This document shows, piece after piece, positions 62,986-64,000 of a stretch of DNA of 64,000 nucleotides. The stretch comes from Clostridia bacterium. GTDB lineage: Bacteria > Bacillota > Clostridia > Christensenellales > CAG-138. The DNA is taken from the NCBI GenBank assembly GCA_017429985.1, contig JAFRNW010000018.1:259120-323119 (forward strand). Reading direction: 5' to 3'. A program made the translations under genes and the position numbers. Under the pieces are notes generated by a model. That model saw only the letters and a program-made list of their open reading frames with translations, was not told the origin of the DNA and did no database searches. The first letter of the stretch is position 1, and each line of letters starts with the position of its first letter.

Positions 62986-64000
62986 TCAGCCGGCATTGGC
63001 CGCCTGATACTGTGCTGCCCAGCCTTCCACAAACGCGGTTTTTACTAACTCCCAGTTTGCATCTGTCGGGTCCGCATCGTAGAGGTTCATTGCCGAGACA
63101 ACGCCGCTGCGCCACTCGTCTACATTCGGAGTATAATTGAACGCCCAAGTCATGACGTATTTTCCAGCGCCGGCATATTCGTTTGCCTGTTTGAGGAATA
63201 CGTTCGCAGGAGCTGCAGCCTGTTTATAGGGGATAGCGCCGAATGTATCCGCAAGTTTCTTTGTAGCATCCGCGTCGGTTACCATCCAGTACATGAAGTC
63301 CAGCGTTGCCTGGATATCCTTCTCTTTCGCTCTTCCGTTCACTGCCCAGCAGTTCTCTGTTCCGCAGTTCAGACCGGCATTCTCTTCGCCGTCCACGCCG
63401 CAGTAGAAGGGAATCATCGCGAGATCTTCATCGGCAATGCCGTATGTGTCATGCAGCGCGGAGTACTCCCAGTTGCCGTTCTGATAAAAGACCGCCTCGC
63501 CCTTTCCGAATTCTGCTTCCGCATCATGACCGCCGGTTGCAAGCGTAGAAGTTTCAAAAGCGGAGTTCTGGATATACAGATCCCACAGGTTCTTGAAATT
63601 GGCAAGATAGGTTCCTTTGATCGTAGCAGGGGTTTCGGTCCAGCCGCCGTCATCATTGGACTCATAGTACAGGGCAGCATTGGCAAGATGGCCGGAGAAA
63701 CGCCAGCTAGAGCTGGGATCCATGTCGGAAGATGTGAACGCATCAAAACCAAGCTCTGCGGCACGGCTGTGAATGTCTTCCACAACCGCTTTCAGAGACG
63801 CAAAGTCCTTGATCTCGTCAAGAGAATGGCCCGCTTTCGCAAGGAGCGCCTTGTTCACGATAATGCCAAAGCACTCATAGCAGTAACCGATTGAGCAGAG
63901 TCTTCCGGATGTGTCATAGAGGTTGTACGCATCTGTATTCAGTTCTTTCGCTACAGCGGTATCCTTCAGATCATAGCAATAATCGCCCCAGGTCTTGACG
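62986..64000 (-). CDS. Carbohydrate ABC transporter substrate-binding protein (C-terminal part; N-terminus beyond the right edge)
   Basis: The listed ORF starts at an internal GTG (63858), but I checked that the frame stays open to position 64000 (..GYCYECFGIIVNKALLAKAG..). It is SBP family 1-like and sits upstream of the two permease genes. Confidence 0.8.
   Translation of the reverse strand, partial: VKTWGDYCYDLKDTAVAKELNTDAYNLYDTSGRLCSIGYCYECFGIIVNKALLAKAGHSLDEIKDFASLKAVVEDIHSRAAELGFDAFTSSDMDPSSSWRFSGHLANAALYYESNDDGGWTETPATIKGTYLANFKNLWDLYIQNSAFETSTLATGGHDAEAEFGKGEAVFYQNGNWEYSALHDTYGIADEDLAMIPFYCGVDGEENAGLNCGTENCWAVNGRAKEKDIQATLDFMYWMVTDADATKKLADTFGAIPYKQAAAPANVFLKQANEYAGAGKYVMTWAFNYTPNVDEWRSGVVSAMNLYDADPTDANWELVKTAFVEGWAAQYQAANAG

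Noticed and set aside
1-64000. CRISPR arrays, tRNA or rRNA genes, transposases, integrases, phage genes, toxin-antitoxin or restriction-type defence genes, and in-frame TGA (selenocysteine) in the hydroxylases
   Set aside because: I found no regularly spaced repeats, no cloverleaf-like or rRNA-like conserved stretches, and no recognisable recombinase or defence motifs in any frame. All the hydroxylase ORFs are uninterrupted.

Overview
The window looks like chromosomal DNA from a fairly high-GC Gram-positive anaerobe, probably Clostridia-like. Supporting signs are lipobox lipoproteins, sigmaA-type promoters, an L-box riboswitch and an rpmG-secE-nusG-rplKAJL block. I found no tRNA or rRNA genes, CRISPR array, transposase, integrase or prophage genes. 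From left to right the content is: (1) an E. coli-like xdhABC operon followed by ygfM-xdhD (xdhD runs off the left edge); (2) queH and a PrsW-like protease; (3) an Opp/Dpp-type peptide ABC operon whose binding-protein gene comes last; (4) a GT-C membrane protein, rarA, a GNAT, mscL and a hexapeptide acetyltransferase; (5) lon-engB-phosphoesterase; (6) an NhaC-family transporter behind a lysine riboswitch; (7) an envelope cluster (lipoproteins, a LysM mini-protein, a surface protein, a MacAB-like MFP/ATPase/FtsX exporter, DUF1002); (8) sbcDC; (9) a 15-kb co-directional island described below; (10) glnN (GS type III); (11) the rpmG-secE-nusG-rplKAJL block; (12) malQ plus a sugar ABC transporter (binding-protein gene truncated at the right edge). 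The most interesting region is the island at about 38.0-53.4 kb. It joins a UraA-like NCS2 permease, a third XDH-family molybdenum hydroxylase with MocA, two tandem cyclase-family hydrolases, a FdrA/DUF1116/DUF2877 (AllFGH-like) trio, a thiolase-fold protein that appears to lack both catalytic cysteines together with its DUF35 partner, and a GNAT-like ORF. A 48-bp palindrome lies upstream. I do not know of a characterised pathway with this gene set and propose it as a candidate new anaerobic N-heterocycle (pyrimidine or purine) catabolic route. All calls come from reading the ORF track and the sequence by eye. No HMM, BLAST or covariance searches were run, and start codons are best guesses.
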